Source: Bacteroidia bacterium (GTDB lineage Bacteria; Bacteroidota; Bacteroidia; NS11-12g; UBA9320). Taken from it: a DNA stretch of 64,000 nt. Made by a program: the position numbers and the translations under genes. Positions 10,150-20,315 of the stretch are shown piece after piece. The notes under the pieces are model-generated. The model did not search any database and was not told the DNA's origin. It saw nothing but the letters and a program-made list of their open reading frames with translations. The stretch is from NCBI GenBank assembly GCA_020053795.1, contig JAGVMN010000007.1, positions 31,248 through 95,247 of the forward strand, in the 5' to 3' direction. Position 1 is the first letter of the stretch, and every line of letters begins with the position of its first letter.

Positions 10150-10162
10150 ACTCAGATATTTG

Positions 10163-11137
10163 TTAGAGCGAATTCAGGCATTGATTCAACAACTCTTTCC
10201 TTCTTGCAATCGTAAAATTTTGGCCGATGTGATCGCTGATTTCATTCGGCGTATAAGGATAATCTGCAAGAGATTTAATCGCTTCAAGAATTCCGTCAAC
10301 GGAAAGTGATTTGATGACCAGGCCAAATTTACCAGTTACTTCTGGCAAGGCACCAATTGCTGTAACCACGGGAATGCATCCGGCCATCATCGCTTCCGCT
10401 ACACTCATCCCGAACCCTTCGTGCAGGGATGGTTGCAAGTATATTTTGCTTTTTTGATAGAGAGCCGTCAAGTCCTGATCTGTAACATAACCCAAAAATT
10501 CAAGGTTATTGGGGGCATTTTGTTTAAGGGTTTGGATGCTGTCGTCAATCCAGCGTCCGGCTTGCAGAAACCGATATTCCGGCATCAAAACGGCAGCCTC
10601 TGCAAATGGTTTAATTCCCTTTCGGTGCATGTTTTCCCGGCTTACGTTCCCGACATTTAATACGATATTCTCTTTGGGTTTTGGATTAAATTGTTTCGCA
10701 GGAATTCCGTGATAAATAACCCTGATCTTGTTTTGAAAACCATGGTTGATTCCGATCACTTCATTTTTAGTAAAATCGGAATTGCAAATGAGCAGATCAG
10801 CTTTTTTTAGATTCCAGTTCGTCACAAAACGACTGAACCACTTTCGCTGATTCCCGTAGCCGATTTCTTGCAGATTTGCGGTATCATACCCTCCGGTGAC
10901 TATGACCACAGGCTTTTTAAATAGTTTTGCCAGAAAAACAGGCAAAACCATGTGCCAGGAAGAAAACCAACCAAAGACAATATCGCAATCTCTGGCATTG
11001 CGAATGGTTTCAAATGGTCGAAGTTTCCATTTTGATCTGACATCCAATTCATGCACGTCAAACAATTCCCGAAGAATGTGGAGATCAATTCTGACGAATG
11101 CCGTCTGCCTGTTATGGACGAAAAGTAGTTTTTTCAA
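10163..11137 (-). CDS. glycosyltransferase family 4
   Basis: EGFGMSVAEAMMAGCIPVVTAIGALPEV motif. Confidence 0.7.
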   Translation of the reverse strand: MKKLLFVHNRQTAFVRIDLHILRELFDVHELDVRSKWKLRPFETIRNARDCDIVFGWFSSWHMVLPVFLAKLFKKPVVIVTGGYDTANLQEIGYGNQRKWFSRFVTNWNLKKADLLICNSDFTKNEVIGINHGFQNKIRVIYHGIPAKQFNPKPKENIVLNVGNVSRENMHRKGIKPFAEAAVLMPEYRFLQAGRWIDDSIQTLKQNAPNNLEFLGYVTDQDLTALYQKSKIYLQPSLHEGFGMSVAEAMMAGCIPVVTAIGALPEVTGKFGLVIKSLSVDGILEAIKSLADYPYTPNEISDHIGQNFTIARRKELLNQCLNSL

Positions 11138-12327
11138 TGGGAAACCATTTTATCAATTACTGTTTCAATGGATTTCCCGTAAATATCCAATCCATATCTC
11201 GTTTCCACCCAGGCTCTATTGTCATTTCCGCATTCATTTCGAAACGCAGTGTCTTCAAATCTATTAATAGCTTCCGTTATTTGAGATATGTTTTTATTCT
11301 CAAAAATAAGCGTTCCCGGGTTTCCCTTTACTGATTCGGCCAGTCCGGGTAAATTACTTACAGCCACCGGCAAACCTGCTGCCCATGCGGCGATAAGAGA
11401 AAGTGGCATCGTATCTTTTTCCACAGATGGGTAAATAAATACATCCATGGCCGCAAGGACTGATCCCAAATCTTCCCTGTTTCCGGTCATGATTACCTTT
11501 TCCTCCAAATGATGGTTTCGAATGTATTCACGAAGTGAATCTTCGTAACTCTTGTTTGTAAACAGGGCAGCACCGACAAGAATTAAATGACAGTTGGGGT
11601 TGGTCTCGGCATATTTTTTAAATGCTTCCAGCAACAGGTGCTGGCCTTTCCATGGAATCAAGCGGGCAGCGTGACCTATGACAAATGAATGCTCCGAAAT
11701 TTTGAATTCCTGACGGATTTTGATCCTATCCTCTGGTTTATAGAATGCATCCAGGTCTATTCCGTTGAGCACCACATCAGACTTCTTCTCGACCCTGGCA
11801 GGTAATTGTTCGATCATTGGTTGTTCACCCATGATTCTGTTGGGCAACGCAGCAGCAAGCAAGCCAAAAAACCATCTAAAAAACCCACCAAATCTGGGAC
11901 TGATCAAATCCTGAAGGTGCCAAACGGATGAGATTCCGGAAATTCTTGCCGCTAGAGATCCGCAAATATGTGCGTGAATACCTTTTGTGATGACGATGTC
12001 GGGATTATGAAGTTGAAATATTTTTCGGAAGTCTGCTATTTGCAATGGAATAATCAAAACATTCCATAAAAGCCCCGGAATGTTTGGAATCCTTATACGA
12101 TCCCTCATTACAGAAATGCTGCTTGAAACAAGGCTTCTTTTATGGTATAGCAAGACATTCATTTGGTGATCCACACACCTACGATAGAAGGGCCCATCAC
12201 CCGGAATTAAAAGGGTTGCCTCGATATTTTGATGCTTCAGAAAATAGGTGGCAAGATAAAAGGAGCTGAACTGAACACCGCCCATATCGCCGGCGTCTTC
12301 AACAATAAGGCAGCGAATTTTTGTCAT
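11134..12327 (-). CDS. glycosyltransferase family 4
   Basis: N-terminal GGVQ motif. C-terminal SLIAAWAAGLPVAVSNLPGLAESV. Confidence 0.7.
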   Translation of the reverse strand: MTKIRCLIVEDAGDMGGVQFSSFYLATYFLKHQNIEATLLIPGDGPFYRRCVDHQMNVLLYHKRSLVSSSISVMRDRIRIPNIPGLLWNVLIIPLQIADFRKIFQLHNPDIVITKGIHAHICGSLAARISGISSVWHLQDLISPRFGGFFRWFFGLLAAALPNRIMGEQPMIEQLPARVEKKSDVVLNGIDLDAFYKPEDRIKIRQEFKISEHSFVIGHAARLIPWKGQHLLLEAFKKYAETNPNCHLILVGAALFTNKSYEDSLREYIRNHHLEEKVIMTGNREDLGSVLAAMDVFIYPSVEKDTMPLSLIAAWAAGLPVAVSNLPGLAESVKGNPGTLIFENKNISQITEAINRFEDTAFRNECGNDNRAWVETRYGLDIYGKSIETVIDKMVSH

Positions 12328-13106
12328 TTACCAGAAGGACTTTTTCCTAAATTCAGTACTTCCATTTCTTTTAGTTTGGAATGCGAAAGAAAGTAATAGA
12401 AGGCGGTATATCTGGCCAGAAAAAAACCACGCCAACCATCTCTAAAACCTTGAAGATATAAGTAGCGATGCAGAAAAATAAGTAGCGGAAAAAATAGCCA
12501 TTTTAAATAACCGAACTTGCGGTTATTCTTTTTCAGTTCATCAGCTTCATATCTTGTGTACCGATCTAAATTCTTCAGTTGTTTTGAAATATCGGGCATT
12601 CCAAAGTGAAGGAGATGGCAGGGGAGCGTCTCTACTGTGCCGCTCACTTTGAAATTGGAGTGAACCTCCCTGTCGAACCATTGGCCTTTGTTTTTTCTGA
12701 AAAGCCTGTGTTCCCAGTCAGGGTAAATGCCCCCATATCTGACCCATTTGCCCAGCATGTGGTTTTTTCGAGCCATTCGAAAGCAGTCAATTTCAATGGT
12801 GGCATTTTCAATAGCATTTCTTATAATGTTTTCCGCATCAGGCTCAAGAACCTCGTCGGAGTCTATTTGGAAAACCCACTCGTGGGAGCATGATGGAAGT
12901 GCCCAATTCTTTTGTTTAGCAGAATTGAGGTATTCATGTTGAAGAATCTGAACCTTGTATTCATTGGCGATGTCGAGGGTATTGTCGGTACTATAGGAAT
13001 CAACAATCACAATTTCATCTGCCCACTTAACAGACTCAAGTGCAGCTCTGATGGAACTACCGCAATTATAAGTTGGCAGCAATATGCTCAGTTTTTTCCT
13101 GTTCAT
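12324..13106 (-). CDS. glycosyltransferase family 2
   Basis: LSILLPTYNCGSSI start, DSYSTDNT and DSDE motifs. Confidence 0.7.
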   Translation of the reverse strand: MNRKKLSILLPTYNCGSSIRAALESVKWADEIVIVDSYSTDNTLDIANEYKVQILQHEYLNSAKQKNWALPSCSHEWVFQIDSDEVLEPDAENIIRNAIENATIEIDCFRMARKNHMLGKWVRYGGIYPDWEHRLFRKNKGQWFDREVHSNFKVSGTVETLPCHLLHFGMPDISKQLKNLDRYTRYEADELKKNNRKFGYLKWLFFPLLIFLHRYLYLQGFRDGWRGFFLARYTAFYYFLSHSKLKEMEVLNLGKSPSGK

Positions 13107-14457
13107 TTAATTTGATTTGTGCGGAAATGAATCTTGTTCTCAGCCTCTTTCGAATCAACACAGTGTAATAATGCAGAAGTGCCCATAAAAAAAATAATGG
13201 AACACCGGATTGAGTTAAAATATAATTGTTGTTAATGACGAACATGTAAGCCACACATAAATTGCTTATCAGCAGAATCACAAGGCCATCCTTTTCATTT
13301 CTTTCGAGTCCGTTTTTTGTTGAAATATTATACCCATTCAAAAAAGTATAGAGAAAGGCAGCCGCATACAAAATGCCAAGTATCCAACCTCCGTTGGAGG
13401 CTATTTGAACAAAATCGGAATGTACCCAGCCTGAAACACCCCAACCAACTCCAAAAGGTTTGGCAAAGATAGTTTCCCATGCAATTCCCATCCGTTCCTG
13501 CCTTTTGAAACCACTGCTGTCTTTTGCATAATCAGCTTCGCCCTCAATGGCAATAAGACCGGATATAAAACGCTGAATGGCTTCATCAGAAATGAATTGA
13601 ATGGCAATAAAAGCGACCAATACGGCACTTAAAATTCCCAGAATGAGTTTGTTTGCTCCCAGATGAATTTTCTTATACCAAAAGAAATAGAGGAAAAAAA
13701 TCAGGAAAGTAATTATCCAATCGGCTCTGTTTCCGGCAATATAAAGTGCCCAAATATTGACAACCAATGAAAAATAGAAAAAGGCCGGCTTTTTCAAAAG
13801 ACCGATTTTATCTCTAACATAATATATAAGAGGGAAAGCACAAACGATGATATGACCAACAGTAACCGATCCCCAGTGGCTGAACCAGGCTCTCTCGAAC
13901 CCATCTTTAATAGCATATTCTTCATATTCGTAGTCGTTATAAAATCCAGCGAGAGCCGACCTCACTGACGGAAATTGAACCTCAACAACACCAAAAAAGG
14001 ACAAAGCAGTAATAACCAAAATATAGTAATAGGCTGCCTCAAGAAGATTTCGGTCATCTTTCAGATAAACACCGGTGACCAAAAAGACCGGAACAATTAA
14101 AAAGAAATTTTTAAAGTCAAACAACACTTCTACATCCGGTGGGTATTTGGCATAAATGCCTATCATCAGAGATATCAGGCTCATTGGAATAATTGCAATA
14201 AGCCATATTGGAATAGAAGCATTTTTGGTGATGCTGATTGCCTTGAAAAAAAGAAAAATTAACATAAAGTCAATTGGATGCACTTTGAATATCTTGACGA
14301 TTCCATATACCGTTTCCTCCCAAATGGCAAATGTTCTGTAACCAAGAAAAAAAAGGACAACCATCCACAAGACACCAGATTCCAAACCTTTTCGACCATC
14401 GAGAAAAATTCGGCTGTAGGCATAAACGGACAAGAGAATAACAATCAGGCTGAACAT
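13066..14457 (-). CDS. O-antigen ligase/polymerase family (Wzy_C) membrane protein
   Basis: 463 aa with about 10-12 TM helices and a large periplasmic loop. This architecture is typical of the WaaL/Wzy family. Confidence 0.55.
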   Translation of the reverse strand: MFSLIVILLSVYAYSRIFLDGRKGLESGVLWMVVLFFLGYRTFAIWEETVYGIVKIFKVHPIDFMLIFLFFKAISITKNASIPIWLIAIIPMSLISLMIGIYAKYPPDVEVLFDFKNFFLIVPVFLVTGVYLKDDRNLLEAAYYYILVITALSFFGVVEVQFPSVRSALAGFYNDYEYEEYAIKDGFERAWFSHWGSVTVGHIIVCAFPLIYYVRDKIGLLKKPAFFYFSLVVNIWALYIAGNRADWIITFLIFFLYFFWYKKIHLGANKLILGILSAVLVAFIAIQFISDEAIQRFISGLIAIEGEADYAKDSSGFKRQERMGIAWETIFAKPFGVGWGVSGWVHSDFVQIASNGGWILGILYAAAFLYTFLNGYNISTKNGLERNEKDGLVILLISNLCVAYMFVINNNYILTQSGVPLFFLWALLHYYTVLIRKRLRTRFISAQIKLNEQEKTEHIAANL

Positions 14458-14463
14458 TCTAAT

Positions 14464-15654
14464 TCAAATCTTTCGAATGCTAAATACATCCAAGTATGAA
14501 TTGATCATTTTTTCTACAGTAAAATTAGCTAATAAAGATTTTACCTGTTCCGTCGGAAGCTTAAACCCGTTTTCATATACAACACTAATAAGTGCAACTT
14601 TAAGTGTCGTAACATCAGGATTAATGAGAGTCACTGTATTGGAGCAAATTTCCGGTATGCCTCCGGTGTTGAATCCAATGAACGGCCTTTCACTGGCTAA
14701 GGCTTCAAGAACACTTATTCCGAAAGGTTCTATTCTTGAAGCCACAACATTACAAACGGCACCTTTACAATAGGCGGCAATCTCAATTTGACTGAGACGG
14801 CCGGTAAAAATAATTTTCCTTTGTAACCCTAATTCCTCTGACAATTTCTTTAATGCCTGTTCTTCAATGCCGGTTCCTGCTATAATTAAGCAAGGAAGGT
14901 CTTCTTTTCTATCTTTAATTAATCCGGCATAAGCATGTATTAAAATGTCAAATCCTTTGGCCGGTTCAAGTCTCCCAAATGAGAAGAAATACGCTGAATC
15001 ATAGGTCATCGGTTCAACTCGGTCAAAAACATTCAGGTTAACGGCGTTCCATATTACTTGTGTGTCTTGTTCGATTTCCGGACATATCCCAATGGTTTTT
15101 TCCTTCAGCCAGTTTGAACAAGTGGTCACCGTTGCCGATGCCTTCAATAGAGTCGTTTGATCAATAAATTGTTTGCTTGATCTGGCATTAATGGAAATTT
15201 GGTTGGAGACAAAGCCATTTTCTTTTTCGTACCATTTCAAAATCTCGTTTCCGTGAAGCGATGTTACAAGCCTGATGCCGGGGAAGCGGTCAATTAATTT
15301 AACGGCAAACTTGTTCTGATGATGGGGGAAATGAATATTAATCACATCTGGATTATATTGCCGGAGAATGGATTCGACTTTAGTCAATTGCCTTTTGAAC
15401 AATAAAAATCCCAAAACATTTAACAAAATTGATTTGGGTTCTTTTAAATTGATTTTTTGATTTCCCCAATGAATAAATCTGATGATGCGGTATTTTTGGG
15501 AGGTGTCTGATTTTGAAAGATTCGTAGGATATCTATTGGCAATAACCAATACCTCATGTCCTTTTTCAATAAGTCCATCCGCTAATTGCCTGGTAACTGT
15601 TTGGATACCGCCCATGACGGGGTAAAAAGAAGAACTCCAGATGACAATTCTCAA
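14464..15654 (-). CDS. glycosyltransferase family 4
   Basis: N-terminal FYPVMGGIQT motif. C-terminal E...E region with IEPFGISVLEALAS. Confidence 0.7.
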   Translation of the reverse strand: MRIVIWSSSFYPVMGGIQTVTRQLADGLIEKGHEVLVIANRYPTNLSKSDTSQKYRIIRFIHWGNQKINLKEPKSILLNVLGFLLFKRQLTKVESILRQYNPDVINIHFPHHQNKFAVKLIDRFPGIRLVTSLHGNEILKWYEKENGFVSNQISINARSSKQFIDQTTLLKASATVTTCSNWLKEKTIGICPEIEQDTQVIWNAVNLNVFDRVEPMTYDSAYFFSFGRLEPAKGFDILIHAYAGLIKDRKEDLPCLIIAGTGIEEQALKKLSEELGLQRKIIFTGRLSQIEIAAYCKGAVCNVVASRIEPFGISVLEALASERPFIGFNTGGIPEICSNTVTLINPDVTTLKVALISVVYENGFKLPTEQVKSLLANFTVEKMINSYLDVFSIRKI

Positions 15655-15663
15655 AAAATGAAA

Positions 15664-17613
15664 CTATTTCTGAACGAACAAGTGTATGGAAACCCCGGGT
15701 TTAGAGCATTTAATAAAACTTATCTTCTTCTTCCCTGTAAAGCGATAAATATAACCGGTTGAAGGGAGCCAACTGCCCGGAAAAGCGAGACTTGAAGATA
15801 GGAGCGGACGTTTGTGCCATTCAAAAACTCTTTGAGAGTTTTCGATTGAACGATTGGCAAATTTTCTGTAAACAACTTTCTCCGGAGCAAAACTGTATTC
15901 TGAAATAGTTCCATCGTCATAATGAATTTCAAGAATACCTGCCCCATTCTCATGGTCATTTGTTTCAAAAAAGTAATAAAAACCTACGTCTGAAATATCG
16001 GCATGAAAAGGGGACATTATTTGTCTCCATCCCAACAAAGTATCACCGGTTTTTAAAATTACAGGAAGTTCTAAATCCTGATATTTTATATTGAAATAAC
16101 GCGGAATGAAATATTGGGATTTTTGATTTGTTCTGACAAATCTAAAGCAGATCAAAGGGAAATAGGCATATGAATCATCGGCCCTGAAGCCATGGTTCTC
16201 AATTTCAGAAAAAAGAAAATTGATCCTTGAAAATCGTCGTTCAGAGCTTGTGCCGGTGTTCCACATTTGTTCCTTAGTTAAAACCTGATAGGCACGGTAA
16301 TCGCTTACCACGACTGAAATTGTATCAAATTTGTTCAGGATTTTCGCAACTTTGGTAGTATCATAAAAATTGACAATACTTTTAGGGTCAATTTTATCAT
16401 TGGCATAGAATTTAAAATTGTCTTCTGATCTGCCTTGAACCAAAACGACAGTGTTTTTATTATCAGCAATATCTGTAACCTTTACAACTTGGTTCCAGTT
16501 TTCTTTGGGAAATGTAATGGAAAAAGAGGTTCCATATCCAAGAAATGCAAGAAAAACCAATCTTGAACCCCATTTTACGAAAGCGGTTTTATAATAAATT
16601 ATTGGTACGGAAAGAATTACCAACCACGATATCAGAAACAAACCATGCTTGGCGATTAGTTGCGTTGATCCGGGAAGAGTCAAAGGTTCTAAAATGCAAA
16701 ACATCGTAATAAACGGTACAATGCTGGCAAATGCGAAATCCAGGATTGCACGGTGTTTCTGAATTTGATAAAACAAATACAAACCAAACGACAACAAAGC
16801 TATTGTTGAAATAAATAACAACACTACCCAGATATTCTCCAAAACGGTCATGTATTCCCCAAAGAGATACTGAAAGACAGAAACCGCCGGCTTTATAAAT
16901 GTAGCAACATTCCATCCGCGTATTTCACCCCCACCTAATTCATAACTGCTTCCAAGGTGCATAAACCACCTGAAAATATCCTGCCATTTGGCAAGAACGA
17001 TAGTTGCAATTAGAAGCATCACAGTTCCGAAAATGATTCGATTCTTTCGTCCAAGGCATATCCATTCTTTCCATATTATGTAGGTTGCCATCTGCCATGT
17101 CAACAAATAATGAATGGCCGGAGAAACCGCTAAAAGTGCATAGAAAAGACATCTTTTCTTTTCGAACGATTCATTATAAATAAGTATCACAAGATTGCAT
17201 ACGAAAGATACAAAAAGATAGAGCCCATAATAGCGAAAATATTGTTCCTGAAACAAAACAAAAGGACTCATGGTAAAAAACACGATATTCACAAGAAGGA
17301 ATTTCTTAATGTAATCTGCCAGGGTCTCTTTTTTGAGCAGGAAAAAAGTGATCAGATAAACGAATGAAACCCAGAATAACCCTACTTGCCGGTAATAAAC
17401 AAAATTATGGATGCTCACCTGCCCTAATATCTCTTTTAACAACATGACCAAAAGGTTGTTGGGTGTTCCAACCAGAACATAGTCATAGTAGGTGTACCAT
17501 TCATCTCCGCCCCATGGTATTTTCAATCCAAATAACAGAGATAAAATGCAATGAAATATCCATAATAAAGGAACGAAAAAGTGCGGAGGGACGGACAGTT
17601 TTAAAGTATTCAC
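15664..17613 (-). CDS. GT-C-like polytopic membrane glycosyltransferase (ArnT/PMT-like) with a C-terminal periplasmic domain
   Basis: About 370 aa containing roughly 11 TM helices. WGGDEWYTYY sits in the first loop, and about 280 aa of soluble C-terminal sequence follows. The assignment is by architecture only. Confidence 0.4.
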   Translation of the reverse strand: MNTLKLSVPPHFFVPLLWIFHCILSLLFGLKIPWGGDEWYTYYDYVLVGTPNNLLVMLLKEILGQVSIHNFVYYRQVGLFWVSFVYLITFFLLKKETLADYIKKFLLVNIVFFTMSPFVLFQEQYFRYYGLYLFVSFVCNLVILIYNESFEKKRCLFYALLAVSPAIHYLLTWQMATYIIWKEWICLGRKNRIIFGTVMLLIATIVLAKWQDIFRWFMHLGSSYELGGGEIRGWNVATFIKPAVSVFQYLFGEYMTVLENIWVVLLFISTIALLSFGLYLFYQIQKHRAILDFAFASIVPFITMFCILEPLTLPGSTQLIAKHGLFLISWLVILSVPIIYYKTAFVKWGSRLVFLAFLGYGTSFSITFPKENWNQVVKVTDIADNKNTVVLVQGRSEDNFKFYANDKIDPKSIVNFYDTTKVAKILNKFDTISVVVSDYRAYQVLTKEQMWNTGTSSERRFSRINFLFSEIENHGFRADDSYAYFPLICFRFVRTNQKSQYFIPRYFNIKYQDLELPVILKTGDTLLGWRQIMSPFHADISDVGFYYFFETNDHENGAGILEIHYDDGTISEYSFAPEKVVYRKFANRSIENSQRVFEWHKRPLLSSSLAFPGSWLPSTGYIYRFTGKKKISFIKCSKPGVSIHLFVQK

Positions 17614-17641
17614 TCTTGAGGAAAGGATATAATAACGGAAA

Positions 17642-18574
17642 TTAACAATTGAGTCGGTCTTTTATGATATATTGACCGGGTCGGCTTGAATTCATAAAAA
17701 GTCGGCCCAAATATTCACCTACAATGCCAAGGGAAATCAAAATCAGGCCCCCTAAAAAAAGGAGAACCAGTATTAAGGAAGCCCAACCTTCCACATGTTT
17801 ATTGTTGAAGAAAAACTCCAGGAAATAATAGATGGCAAGAAGGAAGCTGAAAATAGAAGAAACAAAACCGACAGCTGTCGCAATTCTCAAAGGGAAGACG
17901 GAGAAGTTTGTAGCCAGTTTAAGGAAGACCGTTACCGATTTAGCCAGATTGAAATTGCTTTTACCGGCATGTCGTAAATGGTGGTCGATATTTTCAATTT
18001 GACCCACATTTGAAGTTACCATAAACACCAAACCATCTACATAAGGATAAGGACCTTTATACTTTTGAATTTCCTCAACAACTTCAGCTCTGATGATTTT
18101 GAAGGGTGAAAGGTAAATATGTGGTGGTTTGTCAATCAGTATTTCGGCGATTACACCATTTAACCAGCTTCCAAGATTCTTCCATGTGGCATGTTTCTTC
18201 TTCTTAAATCTGGCAAATACAACGTCATATCCTTCCAGGATTTTTTGATACAGTTTTAAAATATCAAATGGCGAGTGTTGCAGATCGTCATCCATAATAA
18301 CAATATACTCACCGGTGGCACAACTGAAACCGGCCATCAAAGCATTATCCTGACCGCAATTTTTCCGCAAGTTAATTCCCAGAATTCGGTCGTTTCCGGT
18401 TGCCAATTTTTTAATCACTTCCCAACTTTTATCTAAACTTGCATCGTTTATAAAAACGATTTCGAATTTTTGTCCATTTAGGGCCTCATTAATTTTTTGA
18501 CAAAGCAGTTCCAAATTATCTTGGCTGTTGAACACAGGTATTACAAGGCTCAACACAGGTCTTTCTGGGTTCAT
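17642..18574 (-). CDS. GT2 polyprenyl-phosphate glycosyltransferase (ArnC/GtrB-like)
   Basis: LSLVIPVFNS start, DDDLQH motif and two C-terminal TM helices, the same layout as ArnC, GtrB and DPM synthases. Confidence 0.65.
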   Translation of the reverse strand: MNPERPVLSLVIPVFNSQDNLELLCQKINEALNGQKFEIVFINDASLDKSWEVIKKLATGNDRILGINLRKNCGQDNALMAGFSCATGEYIVIMDDDLQHSPFDILKLYQKILEGYDVVFARFKKKKHATWKNLGSWLNGVIAEILIDKPPHIYLSPFKIIRAEVVEEIQKYKGPYPYVDGLVFMVTSNVGQIENIDHHLRHAGKSNFNLAKSVTVFLKLATNFSVFPLRIATAVGFVSSIFSFLLAIYYFLEFFFNNKHVEGWASLILVLLFLGGLILISLGIVGEYLGRLFMNSSRPGQYIIKDRLNC

Positions 18575-19218
18575 ATCTTTTTTATTACGATTAGCATGTC
18601 TTTGCCCGTTTTTTGAACCTTGTATTCAAAATTCAAAGTTAGTCTGAGACGATCCAAAAGCCCTGTCAGGGTTGATTTATTGAATCTGAAACTTTCATTA
18701 CCATTGCCAACGCTTGTTAATTTTTTGGCCATAAATCCTAGCACGCCATCACTACCGGCCATATTTAACACAGGTTCAGAAATAAATATGAGATCGGCAG
18801 AATCAAGCATTTTCTCAAAAAGAATGTCGATTTTCGAATGAAAGTGATACAAGGATCCCATGATGACAATCACATCGGATTTTGGAAAAAAATCCATCGC
18901 TCTAATATCTGTTTTAGTGGCTTCGAATCCATGACTTATAGCCCGCCGAACAAATCCTGAGTTGAGGTCATAACCAGTCCATTTTATGTTTTGATTTTTA
19001 CAATACTGAGCTATTTTTAAATCTGCAAAACATAGTTCTAAAAGGGTTTTGGTTTGGCTTGGAATCAGCCCGATTACATCAGAAAACCTATTATTGTAGT
19101 GTCCAAAATAGAGCACTTGCATGATTGCTCTGTAAATAATGATGTTCTGATAAATAAGACTTGAATTTCCTGCCACAGCAGCTAGGGTCTTTTGAAGAAG
19201 TCGTAGATTGTTTGACAA
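18571..19218 (-). CDS. SAM-dependent methyltransferase-like protein
   Basis: 215 aa. The methyltransferase-fold segments (VIVIMGSLYHFH, LIFISEPV) are only weak motif evidence. Confidence 0.4.
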   Translation of the reverse strand: MSNNLRLLQKTLAAVAGNSSLIYQNIIIYRAIMQVLYFGHYNNRFSDVIGLIPSQTKTLLELCFADLKIAQYCKNQNIKWTGYDLNSGFVRRAISHGFEATKTDIRAMDFFPKSDVIVIMGSLYHFHSKIDILFEKMLDSADLIFISEPVLNMAGSDGVLGFMAKKLTSVGNGNESFRFNKSTLTGLLDRLRLTLNFEYKVQKTGKDMLIVIKKI

Positions 19219-20315
19219 ATGAAAGAGACTTGATCCAGTGTCAATTCATAGTAAAAAGGTAACCTTAACAAGGTGTCACTGTAATGATCGGTCATGGTTA
19301 GTTCTCTACCATCGTGTTTGCTGCCATAAAACGGACTTTTGTGCAATGAAAGGTAATGAAAAACAGAAAGTATGCCCGCCTCTTTCAAATGGAGAATCAA
19401 TGCTGATCTCTCGTCTAAGGAACTGCAGATTACATAGAACATGTGAGCATTGTTGGATGCATAAGAGGGTATTCTGGGTAATTTTAGAATGCCCTGTTCT
19501 TCTAAAGGTTTGAGCGTTTCTTCATATAAGTTCCATATTTTTTTTCTCCGGTATTCAATATCTTCAAGATTCTCCAATTGTGCGTATAAAAATGCCGCAA
19601 TAATTTCAGAAGGAAGGAAAGACGAACCGATATCTGCCCATCCATATTTATCAACCTCACCTCTGAAAAAGGCTGACCTGTTGGTACCCTTTTCCCAAAT
19701 AATCTCTGCTCTTTCGGCAAACTGGGGGTCGTTCACAACCAACATTCCTCCCTCACCGGAGATGATATTCTTCGTTTCGTGAAAGGAGAAAGCAGCCAAA
19801 TGGCCCAAACTTCCCAATGGTTTATCTTTATAATAGGAATCGATAGCCTGAGCAGCATCTTCAACTATGAAAATACCATGCTTCTCGGCAATCATATTTA
19901 TTTTAAACATATCACAAGCCACCCCTGCATAATGAACGGGTACGATGGCTTTTGTTTTTGGCGTAATCAGTTCTTCAATTTTATCTTCGTCAATACCCGG
20001 GTGGTCAGAACGACTATCGGCAAAGACAATTTTAGCTCCCCTCAAAACAAATGCGTTTGCTGTTGAAACGAAAGTGTATGCAGGGATAATAACCTCATCA
20101 CCCGGTTTGATATTCAACAATATGGCTGCCATTTCAAGAGCGTCAGTGCAGGAAGTTGTCAGAAGACACTTGTTGAATCCGTATTTTTCGCCAAAAAAGG
20201 ATTGACATTTTTGGGTATAAAGGCCATTGCCTGAAATTTTACCGGAATAAACTGCCTGATAAATGTAGTGAGCTTCTTTACCAGTTAGAAAGGGTTTATT
20301 GAAGGGGATGTTCAT
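19182..20315 (-). CDS. DegT family aminotransferase (WecE / dTDP-4-amino-4,6-dideoxy-sugar transaminase-like)
   Basis: FSFHETKNIISGEGGML lysine motif is characteristic of the WecE/FdtB subgroup. Confidence 0.7.
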   Translation of the reverse strand: MNIPFNKPFLTGKEAHYIYQAVYSGKISGNGLYTQKCQSFFGEKYGFNKCLLTTSCTDALEMAAILLNIKPGDEVIIPAYTFVSTANAFVLRGAKIVFADSRSDHPGIDEDKIEELITPKTKAIVPVHYAGVACDMFKINMIAEKHGIFIVEDAAQAIDSYYKDKPLGSLGHLAAFSFHETKNIISGEGGMLVVNDPQFAERAEIIWEKGTNRSAFFRGEVDKYGWADIGSSFLPSEIIAAFLYAQLENLEDIEYRRKKIWNLYEETLKPLEEQGILKLPRIPSYASNNAHMFYVICSSLDERSALILHLKEAGILSVFHYLSLHKSPFYGSKHDGRELTMTDHYSDTLLRLPFYYELTLDQVSFICQTIYDFFKRP

